This document shows, in pieces, positions 44,890-55,327 of a DNA stretch of 64,000 nt. Position numbers and translations under genes: made by a program. Each line of letters opens with the position of its first letter. Within the stretch, counting starts at the first letter, position 1. Under the pieces are notes generated by a model that ran no database searches, had not been told where the DNA came from, and was given only the letters and a program-made list of their open reading frames with translations. The DNA is from an uncultured Planctomycetota bacterium. Its GTDB lineage: Bacteria > Planctomycetota > Planctomycetia > Isosphaerales > Isosphaeraceae. The stretch is taken from positions 1,088,001-1,152,000 of the forward strand of contig CAWGMQ010000010.1 in assembly GCA_963823665.1 (NCBI GenBank), read 5' to 3'.

Positions 44890-45318
44890 AACGCCGGCTC
44901 CATTCTGGAACAGGAGGAAACGAAGGAAACAAAGGAATCTCGGGTCGCGAAGTCGTCGGAGAGCAGGCTTTTCATTCCAAGAGTCCTTGCCATCTCGGAT
45001 CTCGGACCGACCTCTGCTGCCCCCCTTCGTTAACTTTGTTTCCTTCTGTTCAAGGCTGGTTTGCACCGGGGAGGATCAGCCTCGAACGCCCGTCCGCAAG
45101 CTCGGGACAAGTCTCCGGCCCCTCGTCGTTCCCTTATCTCCGTTAAATGCTATCCGTGGTTAACCAGCAGTTCACACCTGCATTGTCCCAACGCCCTCGT
45201 GTCTTCCCTGGTCCTGTCATCCCATCTGCGTCCCATCGGCGTCATCTGCGGACAAATCTCCGGTTCCTCATCGCTCTCTCATTCCTGCCCAACCGCTGAT
45301 CCGCCATCTTCCATTCGC

Positions 45319-45701
45319 TCAAGTCGGTTCCTTCTGCGGACCGGGCCAGTGGGCCAGCGCATCCTTGAGCGCCCAATCGCCAGCGCCGGGCAATGCAGCT
45401 TGTCCGGCGGCATGCCATCCAGGGCTTCGATCAGATTTTCAATCGTCAGCTCCCGGCAGTGTGCGATCGATTTCCCGCGAATCATCTCCGTCAGCATTGA
45501 GCCACTCGCAATCGTCGGCCCGCACCCGACTGTGTGATACTTCGCCGCCGCGATTCGCTCGTCTTCAATCCTCAAGTAAAGGATCATGAACGCTCCCCGG
45601 CCTGGCGCGCCAGCATGGCCGGTCAGGTCAGGGTTTTCGATCGACCCGCCGTTTCGAGGGGCCATCACGTGTTCAGTGAGCGCTTCGGAGTACTTCCCCA
45701 T
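45319..45701 (-). CDS. IscU/NifU-N-like scaffold protein lacking the first Cys ligand
   Basis: YSEALTEHVMAPRNGG, GCGPTIASGS, MPPDKLHC; GAPGRGA replaces GxPxCGD; frameshift near 45372. Confidence 0.82.
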
Positions 45702-45799
45702 GATCGAAACTCACGCACCGCGAATCGTAGACCCAAGCCTCGTCAAAGTATGTTGAAACGACGTCTGACCGCCTGAGCGGCCATTGCGCGCTCATTTCC

Positions 45800-46204
45800 A
45801 ACACGCTGGTAAGGCTCGGTGTCCTCAGTGTGGTTCCAACTTCCCGCCCACAACGCGGCGTCCCCTTCGCTCCACGGGGTCCGGAAGGCCGTTCCCCCGC
45901 TTCAGTACTACTATGAGGCGCTGCGACTTCCTGACAGTCGTTTCACCGCGCTTCGTTTCCTTCGCTTGGTGATACATCGGAGCGTCTGCGATTCGTCCCC
46001 GTTCGGCCTCAGACGCACGGCCGGCGGATCCCTCAGGAGTTTGTTGTACCGGTTGCTCCTGGGCCGGTAGTCTTCGAAAAACTGTCAGGATCTCGCTTCC
46101 GGCTGCTGGCCCGGCTCTGCCGGGCGGGATTGGGTACCCGCAGGGTTCCACTAAAAGGTTTCACATTTGAGATGATCCTCCTTTTCCGAGCTTCTTGGCG
46201 CAAC
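45800..46204 (-). mobile_element. Group II intron 5' fragment (partial DI, DII, DIII), ORF-less
   Basis: Begins (G)TTGCGCCAAG; CCTGACAG...CTGTCAGG helix; AAGTCGCAGCGCCTCATAGTAGTACTGAAGCGGGGGAAC...CCCCGTGGAGCGAAGGGG DIII-like; no RT ORF or DV/DVI. Confidence 0.75.
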
Positions 46205-46228
46205 GTCTGCTTTTCTCGCTTTCGAACC

Positions 46229-46657
46229 TCACTGGGTTCGCGCTGGATCGGCCGTGGACGGTGGTTGTCTGCTTTCCTTGCTTTCTTGCATGCCGCGCGC
46301 CTGGCTTCCCGCTCCATCGAGTCCAGACAATGGGCGTCTTACTTCCCCCGCGATCCCGGCGCTCGGACGTGGTGACGTAACGACGGACGGGGTCCAGATA
46401 ACATACAGTGCCAAGAAGGCCACGAATATTGCGGCGAGTTGTGGCCGGGACAGCAGCCCGCAGATGCGGTGCATTAGGGCGGTGCTCGCCAACGCCCCGC
46501 AGCCCCAAATGGTCAACACAATTCCCACGCCCAGAAACCACGGAGGCTTCGCAAGCCGGTGCAAGTTGAAGTTCAGGGCCACCACGAGGCCCTGAATCGC
46601 CGCGATCACGATCAAAAACCCGAAGGCTCGGAAAAAACTGGCCCACTTGGTACGCAT
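46229..46657 (-). CDS. Three-TM protein, candidate RHS immunity protein
   Basis: MRTKWASFFRAFGFLIV...; first ORF downstream of the RHS tip on the same strand. Confidence 0.5.
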   Translation of the reverse strand: MRTKWASFFRAFGFLIVIAAIQGLVVALNFNLHRLAKPPWFLGVGIVLTIWGCGALASTALMHRICGLLSRPQLAAIFVAFLALYVIWTPSVVTSPRPSAGIAGEVRRPLSGLDGAGSQARGMQESKESRQPPSTADPARTQ

Positions 46658-46973
46658 GATAGTGTTCTCGTGTGTTTCGCCGCGGCAAAGCTCCAGCACC
46701 GCGACTTCCGCGAGGTAAAGCCGGGAGATGACTTGGCTCGGTCGCTCCGATGTTTTGCCCGAAGTATGAACAGGAAGCGCTGGAATCCCAAAGCGGGGCT
46801 GAGTCCCCTGCGCATCTGGCGCCCCGGCGCGGGTCGGCCGCAGCAACTTGGAAGCTTCACCCGGCGGGTCCGTGCGGCGGAGACTTGCCAATTCGGTAAA
46901 CTAGGTCTCGCAACGCGCCGCTTGAGTTGCGAGTGAAATGCGCGATCCGCGCCGCTGTTAATCGCCATAGTGT

Positions 46974-49900
46974 TCACTGCCGCACTATTGGTGGTGGAAT
47001 GTAAGGAAAACTGATGTTCAGGCCTCCGCCATCCGTGCGCCATCCGCTCAGCTCTGTGCTTCTTTCAGCCTCTAGCGCCGCGATGCAAGTGGCTTGGTTC
47101 GCACAGAAACCGTTAGAAGCCAGCGCATCGCAAATCGAATAACGGTAGTTTTGCAAGAACAGACGTGTCCAGAGGTAAGCCGGTGCCTCTGTCTCCGGGC
47201 GTGTGTGTTCAAAGAACGGCCATCCTGCCCACTGGGTCTGGTGGAAGCATTCGTGCACGAACGTTGTTAGCAAGTGCAAGAACGACGCGCAGCTTGAGCA
47301 GTTGATAGTCGTGTTGCCTATCATTGTTATGTTGAAGCAGCCATTGTAGACTTCCGTGTCGCCCCCGGTTCCAGTCCCGCACCAGGTGTTTCGATAACAC
47401 CCCCCCCCAACCAGGGTGCCAACCCGCGATGTCCATGACCTGAAGGAAATTTCGGGTCGCCATCAGGCAGGCCGTCTCATAGCCGGTGCAAGGCCTGCCT
47501 CCTTTCAAGTTGTAGAACGCTTTCCGGCGGCAGTAACACCCGGTGCCCAAGGCCGCGCCCGCGGCTGAGGTGATGGCGATCCAGATCAGGTAGCCGACGG
47601 GGACGGCGAAAAGCCCGGAAGGGTCCGCGTGCGATGTCACAGCGCCACGCACATAGCGGTACAGGTTCGGGTCTCTGGTTGATGGTCCGATGGGATCTCG
47701 TGTAGGAAATATGCCGAGAGTTGGGTTGTAGTAGCGAGCGCGCAGGTAGATGGATGGCATATCCGGCTGAGCGTAGTAGCCGAGAGCTCCCACAAATCGG
47801 AATGGATTAGTCGTCACGCCATTGCTGGCGATCGTATTCCCCCATGAATCGAAAACGTAGCTATCCGTGACCGTGCTCGAAGCGTTCAATAACTGTCTTG
47901 TCGAACCAAGTGCGTCGAGCAGGTAGAAGGACGCGCTCGAGTCGCGAAACTGCGAAATGAGCTTACCGTACTTGTTCGGTTCCAAGGTGTACACGGCCTG
48001 GATGTCGCCATTCGCAGATGTCTCGATTATGACGTTTTGGTCGTCCCAGACGTGGTTTGTGGTGCCAGTCGAATCCTGTTTCTGCACTCTCTGCCCGTCG
48101 CCGTTGTACGTGAATGTGTTCGCTGTCCCGGTCGGCAACGCAACCCCAATGAGCCGGTTTTCCCCATCCCAGGTATTCGTGGTTGATTGTGATCCGGGTG
48201 CCAACGCCGTCAGCAAATTACCGGAGCCGTCGAACGCGTACGTCGTTACGCCCGCGTTGGTCTGGCTTATCGTTAACTCGTTGGCAGCGTTGTAGGAGTA
48301 AGTTTCCGGCGAACCGTTATTCACCAGCAACGTGCGATTACATACATTATCATCACCATATGTAATGTTATAAGTGTTCGTCCCACTACGTTGTTCGTTG
48401 GTCAATTGGTACGTCGGATCGTAGCTCCAGGTCACGACGGAGCCATCTGCCTCGATGACCCGAGTGCGATTGTTAACCGTGTTGTAGGTGTAAGCGAAGC
48501 TGGAGAGGGTGGTACCGCCGGGGCTCAGATTTGCGAGGATGAGTTGGCGGTCGGCGGTGTCATACAAGTTTGACACAACGACACCATTGGCGAGCGCCTG
48601 GCGCGTGACACGGCTCCCCGCATCGTAGGACCAACTCGTCACCTGCGCCTCTGGATTCGTCAGGGTACTGATTCGGCCCACTGCATCATAGCCGTAAGTG
48701 AACGTTCCGGTTGGATGTTTCATCGTGGCGCGTTGGCCGACGGCGTCGTAGGTGTAGGTTAGCGCGATGCCCGCCGGGTTGACGACTGAACTGACGCGCC
48801 CCACTTGGTCGTAGCTCGTTGTGAAGGATCCCGTCCAGTCGCTCAAAAGTGTGCGCCTACTATTCGCATCATAGGAGAATGTGGCGCGTGTCGTGTCCTG
48901 AAATTGCTGGCCTGTGAGCCGGCTCGCTGCGTCATACGTGTAGCTCGTGAGCAGGCCGCGGCCGTCGATACGAAGGACTCGCCTGCTCGCAGCATCATAT
49001 TGATAAGTGACTTTGTTGCCGAGCGCGTCCGTGGTGCCTGTCTGCCTGCCAGATGCGTCCCATACAAAGCTTGAGCGATTTCCGCTGGCGTCGATGATGG
49101 CGATCCGTTGGCCAACCGGGTCATAAACTTGGGTCGTGGCGAATGTGCTGGCGTTAACGCTGGCCAACGTTCTGCCATCCGGATCGTAGATCGTCGTGCT
49201 GACATTGCCCAATGCGTCGGTCATCGACACCTGCTGGCTAGCGGCGTCGTATGCAAACGAATTCCGGTTTCCGACTGGGTCGACGTTCGCGATCAATCTG
49301 TTGCCAGCGTCGAACACGCTGGTGATCGAGTTGCCGAGAGGATTGATCCTGGCCACGGGTCTGCTTGCGGCATCAAACACGGTCGTGGATCTGTTGCCCA
49401 GAGCGTCAATGGAGGCGACCGGCCTGTTAGCCGCGTCGAACACCGTCGAGGACACAAAACCCAGAGCGTTCGTCGTGCTTACTGGCCGGCTGGCCGCATC
49501 GAATCCAGCTGTCGTCCGGTTGCCGAGCGCGTCTACGTTCGCGACCACCCGGCTCGCGCTGTCGTAGACGGTCGAGCTCCGGTTACCAAGCGGGTCGATC
49601 TGAGCGACCGCGCGGCTCGCGCCGTCATAGACCGTCGTAAATGTGTTCCCAAGTGGATCGATTCTTGCCGCCGGCCGGCTTGCAACATCGTAAGCAGTGG
49701 TCGAGCGATTCCCCAAAGCGTCCACGGATGCGACGGCGCGGCTTGCGGAATCAAACACCGTGGTGCTGGCGTTACCCAACGGATCAATGGACGCCACGGG
49801 CCTGTTAGCGGCATCGAACACCGTCGTCGACACGAAGCCCAGCGCGTTTGTGCTGGTGATCGGCCTGCTCACGGCGTCAAAGCCCGTTGTGGTCCGATCG

Positions 49901-52900
49901 CCCAGCGGGTCAATCGTCGCGATCGGTCGCGAGCCACTGTCAAATACTATTGTTGATACGCTCCCAAGTGGATCTGTTCGGCTGGTGACTCGGCTGGCCT
50001 GGTCGTAGCCGATGCTGTTCCGATTTCCAAGCGGGTCGACGGTCGCGAGGGGTCGATTTGCGGCATCAAAGACGTTTGTACTGGTGAAGCCGAGCGGATT
50101 GGTCGAGCTCACAAGCCGGTTGGCCGCGTCGTAACCGAGCGAAGAACGGTTCCCGAGGGCATCGACTGACGCCACCACACGATTCCCAAAGTCAAATACG
50201 GTCGTGGATATGTTCCCAAGAGGATCGGTCATGCTCACCGGACGACTCCCGGCATCATAACTAATCGACGTGGTATTCCCCAGTGGATCAACGATGGCCA
50301 CCACTCGCCCAGCCTGGTCATAGACGCTCGAATTCACGTTCCCCAAAGGATCGGTGAAACTGACCGGCCGATTGGCCGCGTCATATCCGAAGGTCGATCG
50401 GTTCCCCAGCGGATCAACGCTGGCGCTCGGCCTTCCCCCGCCGTCGTAGACCATGCTCCAGACGGCCCCGATCGGGTTGGTCATCGAGACCCGATTCCCG
50501 GAATTATCGTACCCATATGATGTTGTGTTCCCAAGTGGATCAATCGAAGCGACCGGGCGCTGCAAAGAGTCATAATTCGCGGTCCAGACGTTACCCAGTG
50601 GGTTCATCATCGCCATGGGCAAATTCGCGGCGTTGTACGAGTAGCTCGCCCGATTTCCGAGCGGATCAACGCTGGCGATTCGCCGGTACTGGCTGTCAAA
50701 GACCCCGGTCGTCCGATTCCCAAGGGGATCAACCCGGGCCGTCAAATTGTTGGCCGCATCCCAGACAAACGAACTCGTGTTCCCAAGCGCGTCAATCCGC
50801 GCAATGAGCTTGCTGGTCGCGTCGTAAACCATCGTGCCGATGGCACCGAGCGGATTGGTCGAGCGGATCAAATTGCCTAGCACATCGTAGCCGTAGCTCG
50901 TCGTGTTCCCAAGCGGGTCCGTCTGGGCGATCAGCCGCCCGCTCAGGTCATAGGCCATCGACCAGATCGCACCCAGCGGGTTCGTCACCGAGATCAGACG
51001 GCTGTTCGCGTCATATTGATATGTGGTATTATTTCCAAGTGGATCGATGTAGTTCGTGAGCCGGTTGACCTGATCACTCAAATACGTCGCGACCGCCCCC
51101 AGCGGGTTCTGCACGGTCTGCACGATCCCGTTGGCGTTGAAGGTGTAGCTGACCGCATTGCCGAGCGAATTGATCAGTGCAATCTGCTGGCCGAGCGAAT
51201 TATAAACGAGGGTAACCAGTTGCCCGAGCGCGTTCTGGACGGATACGAGTTGACCAATGCTGTTGTACGAATACGACGTCGCGTTGCCCTGTGCATCGAT
51301 CGCCGCGCTCCGCAGCCCCGACGAATTCCACGCGAGCGTCGTGGTGGACCCGAGCTGATCGGTCAGCGCCGACACCTGGCCACTGCTGTTGTAGGCGTAG
51401 GTGAAAGTGCCGCCCAGCGGCTGCGTGATCGACGAGAGATACTCAATCTTGTTGGTCGCATTGGTCACATAGCCAAAGCTCGTGACGTTCCCCAAGCCGT
51501 CGCCGATGCTCAGGAGGTGACCGGTACCGTCCCAGGAGTAGCTCGTGACGTTCCCCACCGCGTCGGTGGCGCCGACCAGGTTGCCGTTCGCATCAAAGCC
51601 GAGTGTCGTCACATTCCCTGAAGAATTCGTGACGTTCGTGAATGTTGTTCCTGGTGTGCGAGGACGGAACGCTCCGCCCGGCACGGCCTGATTGAGCAAC
51701 GTGGTCACCGCGCCCAGCGGCGAAGTCACCACAAGCTGCGAGCTACCATACGCAAAGCTCGTCCTGTCCCCGAGCGGATTGATCCAGGCCGTCATGCGGT
51801 GGCTCGAATCGTAAACCATGCTCGTGACGCACAGCTCAGGACTGAGCACTTGCACCAGGTCGCCGGAGCCGTTGACCGTGATCGTCGTCGCCCTGCCAAA
51901 CGGGTCGAGAATGCTGGTGATCTTGCCCGAAGTCGCATCGTACGCAAACGTTGTGCGGCGAGTAATTGGGTCCGTGACAAAGCTGACGCGCCCGCTACCG
52001 TCGTACGTGACAGTCCACCGCGCGCCTGCCGGGTTCTGAATGTATTGTAACGACAGACCACCGCCCGACGCCGAGCCGTATTGAAACACAGTCCCGTCGG
52101 GTTGCGTCTCGGTTGCAGTGCTCGCGTTCATCGGTGTTTGCAGCGAGTTCATCGTGCTGGACGTCGGGCCATTAAAGCCCCCAAGCTGGGCTCGTTGGTA
52201 CGAAAACGGCTGGCCGGCGCCAGTGACCACGGTCAGCGTACGGGACCCGACCTGAACCTGTCGCTTGAACGTGTGCACCCAACCGGTGCCGATTTCATTG
52301 ACGATGGCGGCGTTCTCGTTGCTATACGACGACACCGGCGCGATGTAGAAAAGGTCGCCGGCGGGCGGGGAAATCTGCATGGCCATGCTGGGATTGGCCG
52401 GATTGATCACGCACTGGCCGCCCAGCGAATTGCAGCCGCCGGCCGCGAAGGTGAGCGGTGGAAGGGCACCGCTGCGGGCGATCGGAGGCATGAGCGCCGC
52501 ACGCTGGAGCGCAGCAGCGCCGCCGCCGAGGGGAGTCGGCACGGGCGGTGGCGTGGGCGATTTGTAGGTAGGAGCGCCGCCAAAGATCGGCAGGCCGCCG
52601 ATACCACCGCCGGGTGCACCTGACTGAGCACCGCCGCCAGCACCGGGATTCGGACAACTGCCGCCTTGCGATCCGCAAGGCCCAGTGCTTCCCGAGCCGC
52701 CGGGGCCGGTTATGGGGCTCGGCCCGGGGCCTGGTCCGCCCGGTCCAGTGATCGGGCCGATGGGTCCGTCCTGGGGCGTAGGAATAATGCCGGCCAGGCC
52801 TCCGCCCGCGCCTCCGCTGCCCTTGAGCGTCCAGCGCGGCCCGGTACCGCCGCCACCACCGCCGCCCAACCCGCCACCGCCTCCGATGCCGCCGCCACCG

Positions 52901-53337
52901 CAGCCGCAACCCGCGCCACCGCCTTGCGACAGCGGCCCAGGAATCGGCGCTGGGCCAATCGGACCGTTCAGCGGCATGATCGTAAGCGAACCGCCGGGCC
53001 GGGCCGAAAACGAGCCGCCACCACCCGGCCCTCCGCCCTTCAATACCGGGCCCGGGCTCGGTGTGAGGCCCGTGCGCCCGCCACCACCACCCATCGTGCC
53101 CCCGCCGCCTGTCGTCCCTCCACCAGGCGTCGTGCCGCCCGTCCCCGTCGTACCGCCCCCTCCGGTCGCCCCGCCGCCGGCGGTGCAACCCGAGCCCTGG
53201 TTAGACCCGCACGACGAATTCAGCGAACACTGCCCTTGCAATGTCAGCGGCGAACTGCCGTTGCCGCCAGCCTCGCCGGTATTGCCCAGCGCGGGCGGTG
53301 TCGGCTTGGTGTTATCGGGCGTGAATACGTTGGCCAT
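46974..53337 (-). CDS. RHS/YD-repeat polymorphic toxin with C-terminal HEXXH domain; frameshift in the C9 tract 47400-47408
   Basis: Many YDxxxR...DPLG repeats; YLRARYYNP...DPIG...NLYRY...DPSG core end; removing one base links to HECFH...ETEAPAY. Confidence 0.9.
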
Positions 53338-53384
53338 GGTTCAACCTCCTCGCTCTCCATCAGAGGCCCGCTGTTCTACATTTG

Positions 53385-53819
53385 TCAGTGATCGGTCGCA
53401 AAAAAATCGCTCTGCATGATTTCCCGGAGGAGCTCCTCCGCCCTTTCCATCCCTACGAACCGGGCGGCCTCGACTTTGAAGGCGTTTGGCGTGATTGACC
53501 GGGGCCGGCTCGGCCGCATCGGCGGCCTCGTCCCCCACATGCCCGTGGTCCCGGCAATGCCCGTCTTGCCGTCTCGCGTATCGGTGAACGTGATCTGTCC
53601 ACTTTTGCTCCGGTTGACGCGAAAGCGAACAGACTCGCACCCCGGACGGAAAATCTCGACGACGTTCGACCACACCGTGATTTCCTTGACGGGCCTGAAG
53701 ACCGCGAACGCGCTGTACACAAAACCGGGCCGGCCAGGGACAGGAACTCCACGCTCAATCGCCTCCGCGAGTGCCTTCTCTGCCTCGGCTCTCTAAGCCC
53801 GAGGAGGTTTCGCTTCCAT
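53385..53819 (-). CDS. Hypothetical protein upstream of RHS (in-frame TAG at codon 9 or a later start)
   Basis: MEAKPPRA*RAEAEKALAEAIERGVPVPGRPGFVYSAF... continues into ORF 53385-53720. Confidence 0.45.
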
Positions 53820-54188
53820 GGTCCACGCCACCAACTTCCGGCGGACTTGCCAACAGGGCATCGGTTCTAACCGATCGGTAGCCATCGAACCCCATCCTGT
53901 ATTAATATATATAGCACCATTTTTGCGCGGAATCTTGGTCCGCCGCGAGTGCGTTCGTTCCGCAGCTTACTGAAATGACACAGCGAAACGCATTCGCCCA
54001 AGCTGCCGCGCGAGCAACCCGGCGATCACCGCATTTCGCTCAAAACGCCACGACCAGAACCAGAAAAGGCCCCCGCGGCAAACCCTGGCTTCCATGCGAA
54101 GCCAGCCGCATTCCCGGCGCGGGTCCACGCGCCACGGCATCCCAACACATCCACATTCATATTGCTATTCTAGGCTTCTTATTTACGC

Positions 54189-54216
54189 ATCGTACCTCCG
54201 GAAAAGACGATGTCAA
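54189..54216 (-). promoter_or_regulatory. Sigma70-like promoter facing the RHS cluster
   Basis: TTGACA-N16-TACGAT on the minus strand with an A-rich upstream tract. Confidence 0.45.
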
Positions 54217-54511
54217 GGGAGCCCTCAGGGTTCTGAGAATTTTTATTTTTTAGAGTGTTCGATGCATCTGCCACGTAGCGATTTTGGGGCCCAGGCCCGG
54301 CTTCCGGATAAATGGGTTGCCTGGCGAATATGTAACGCACTTTCAACGGCAGCCAGGAAGTGAGCCACTTTCGCAGCCAGAATTGAACCACTTGAATGGT
54401 TGCCGCGTGAAGCACAGACAAGGTGCTTCGGGATGTGACGGCCGTCGTTCGATGAAGCGTGGATCAAATCAAGTCGACTGGCTGATCCCTAGCTCCGGCG
54501 TCGACGCTATT

Positions 54512-55327
54512 TCACTTCTTCGGTCGCTTGACGGCCGATGCTTGTTCGCCCCGATGCGCCCGATACGACTTGCCGTTGATCTTCATGATGATCGCTCCGT
54601 CGACAACTCGGTCCAAGAACGCCATTGCCAACGGTGGATCGCCCCAGTAGTCGCCCCATGCGTCGAAGTCGATGTTCGTCACCAATGCCGTCGACCGCCC
54701 ACTGCGGACGTTGATCAGCTTGTACAACAGGCTGGCCGCTTGGGGCGATTCGATCCGTTCCAGTCGGTCGAAGCCGACCTCGTCGAGAATCAACAGATCG
54801 AATTTGGCATAGTATCGCAAGTGGCTCGGCAACGTCTGGTCCGCCAGCGCTGCTGTCAGTTTTTGCAAAATTGAGCTGCTGGTCTCGTACCGCACCCGGT
54901 AACCCAGCACACAGGCACACTGGCCAATCGCTTGGATCAGATGACTTTTGCCGACGCCGCTTTGACCCACCCAAACCAGACTTTGATGCCGGCCGATGAA
55001 CTCCCCTTCGGCTAATGCCTCGATCCGCACTCGATCGATAACCGCCGCATTGAACTGCCAATCGAAGTCAGCCAGCGTTTTGTTTTCAGCGAAGCTGGCT
55101 TCGCGGATACGGTGGGCAATCCTGCGATCACGACGCCCGTTGGCTTGCTCGCTGATCAGCAACCGTAGGAATTCCAGGTGGGATAGCCCGTCGCTCTCGG
55201 CACGGCCTACAACCGCGTCGAGTTGCTCGGACCGCAGGGGAATGCCCAGCACCTCGAAGTCCTCAAGGATCTTCTGGCGCAGTTCCGTCCCCGCCGGCTT
55301 CGCCTTGGGCGCTGGTCGGGTCTTCAT
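54512..55327 (-). CDS. istB: IS21 helper ATPase
   Basis: GQSGVGKS Walker A, LLILDEVG Walker B, LDRVV, GKSYR. Confidence 0.93.
   Translation of the reverse strand: MKTRPAPKAKPAGTELRQKILEDFEVLGIPLRSEQLDAVVGRAESDGLSHLEFLRLLISEQANGRRDRRIAHRIREASFAENKTLADFDWQFNAAVIDRVRIEALAEGEFIGRHQSLVWVGQSGVGKSHLIQAIGQCACVLGYRVRYETSSSILQKLTAALADQTLPSHLRYYAKFDLLILDEVGFDRLERIESPQAASLLYKLINVRSGRSTALVTNIDFDAWGDYWGDPPLAMAFLDRVVDGAIIMKINGKSYRAHRGEQASAVKRPKK

Noticed and set aside
2690..45380. Programmed frameshifting or mass pseudogenisation
   Set aside because: Single-base indels in unrelated genes, mostly at short homopolymers, fit long-read error better; not provable without reads.
46204..46210. Intron 5' exon GCAGACG equals the tRNA-Leu D-loop 7-mer
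   Set aside because: A 7-nt match in GC-rich DNA with no other tRNA sequence adjacent; likely chance.
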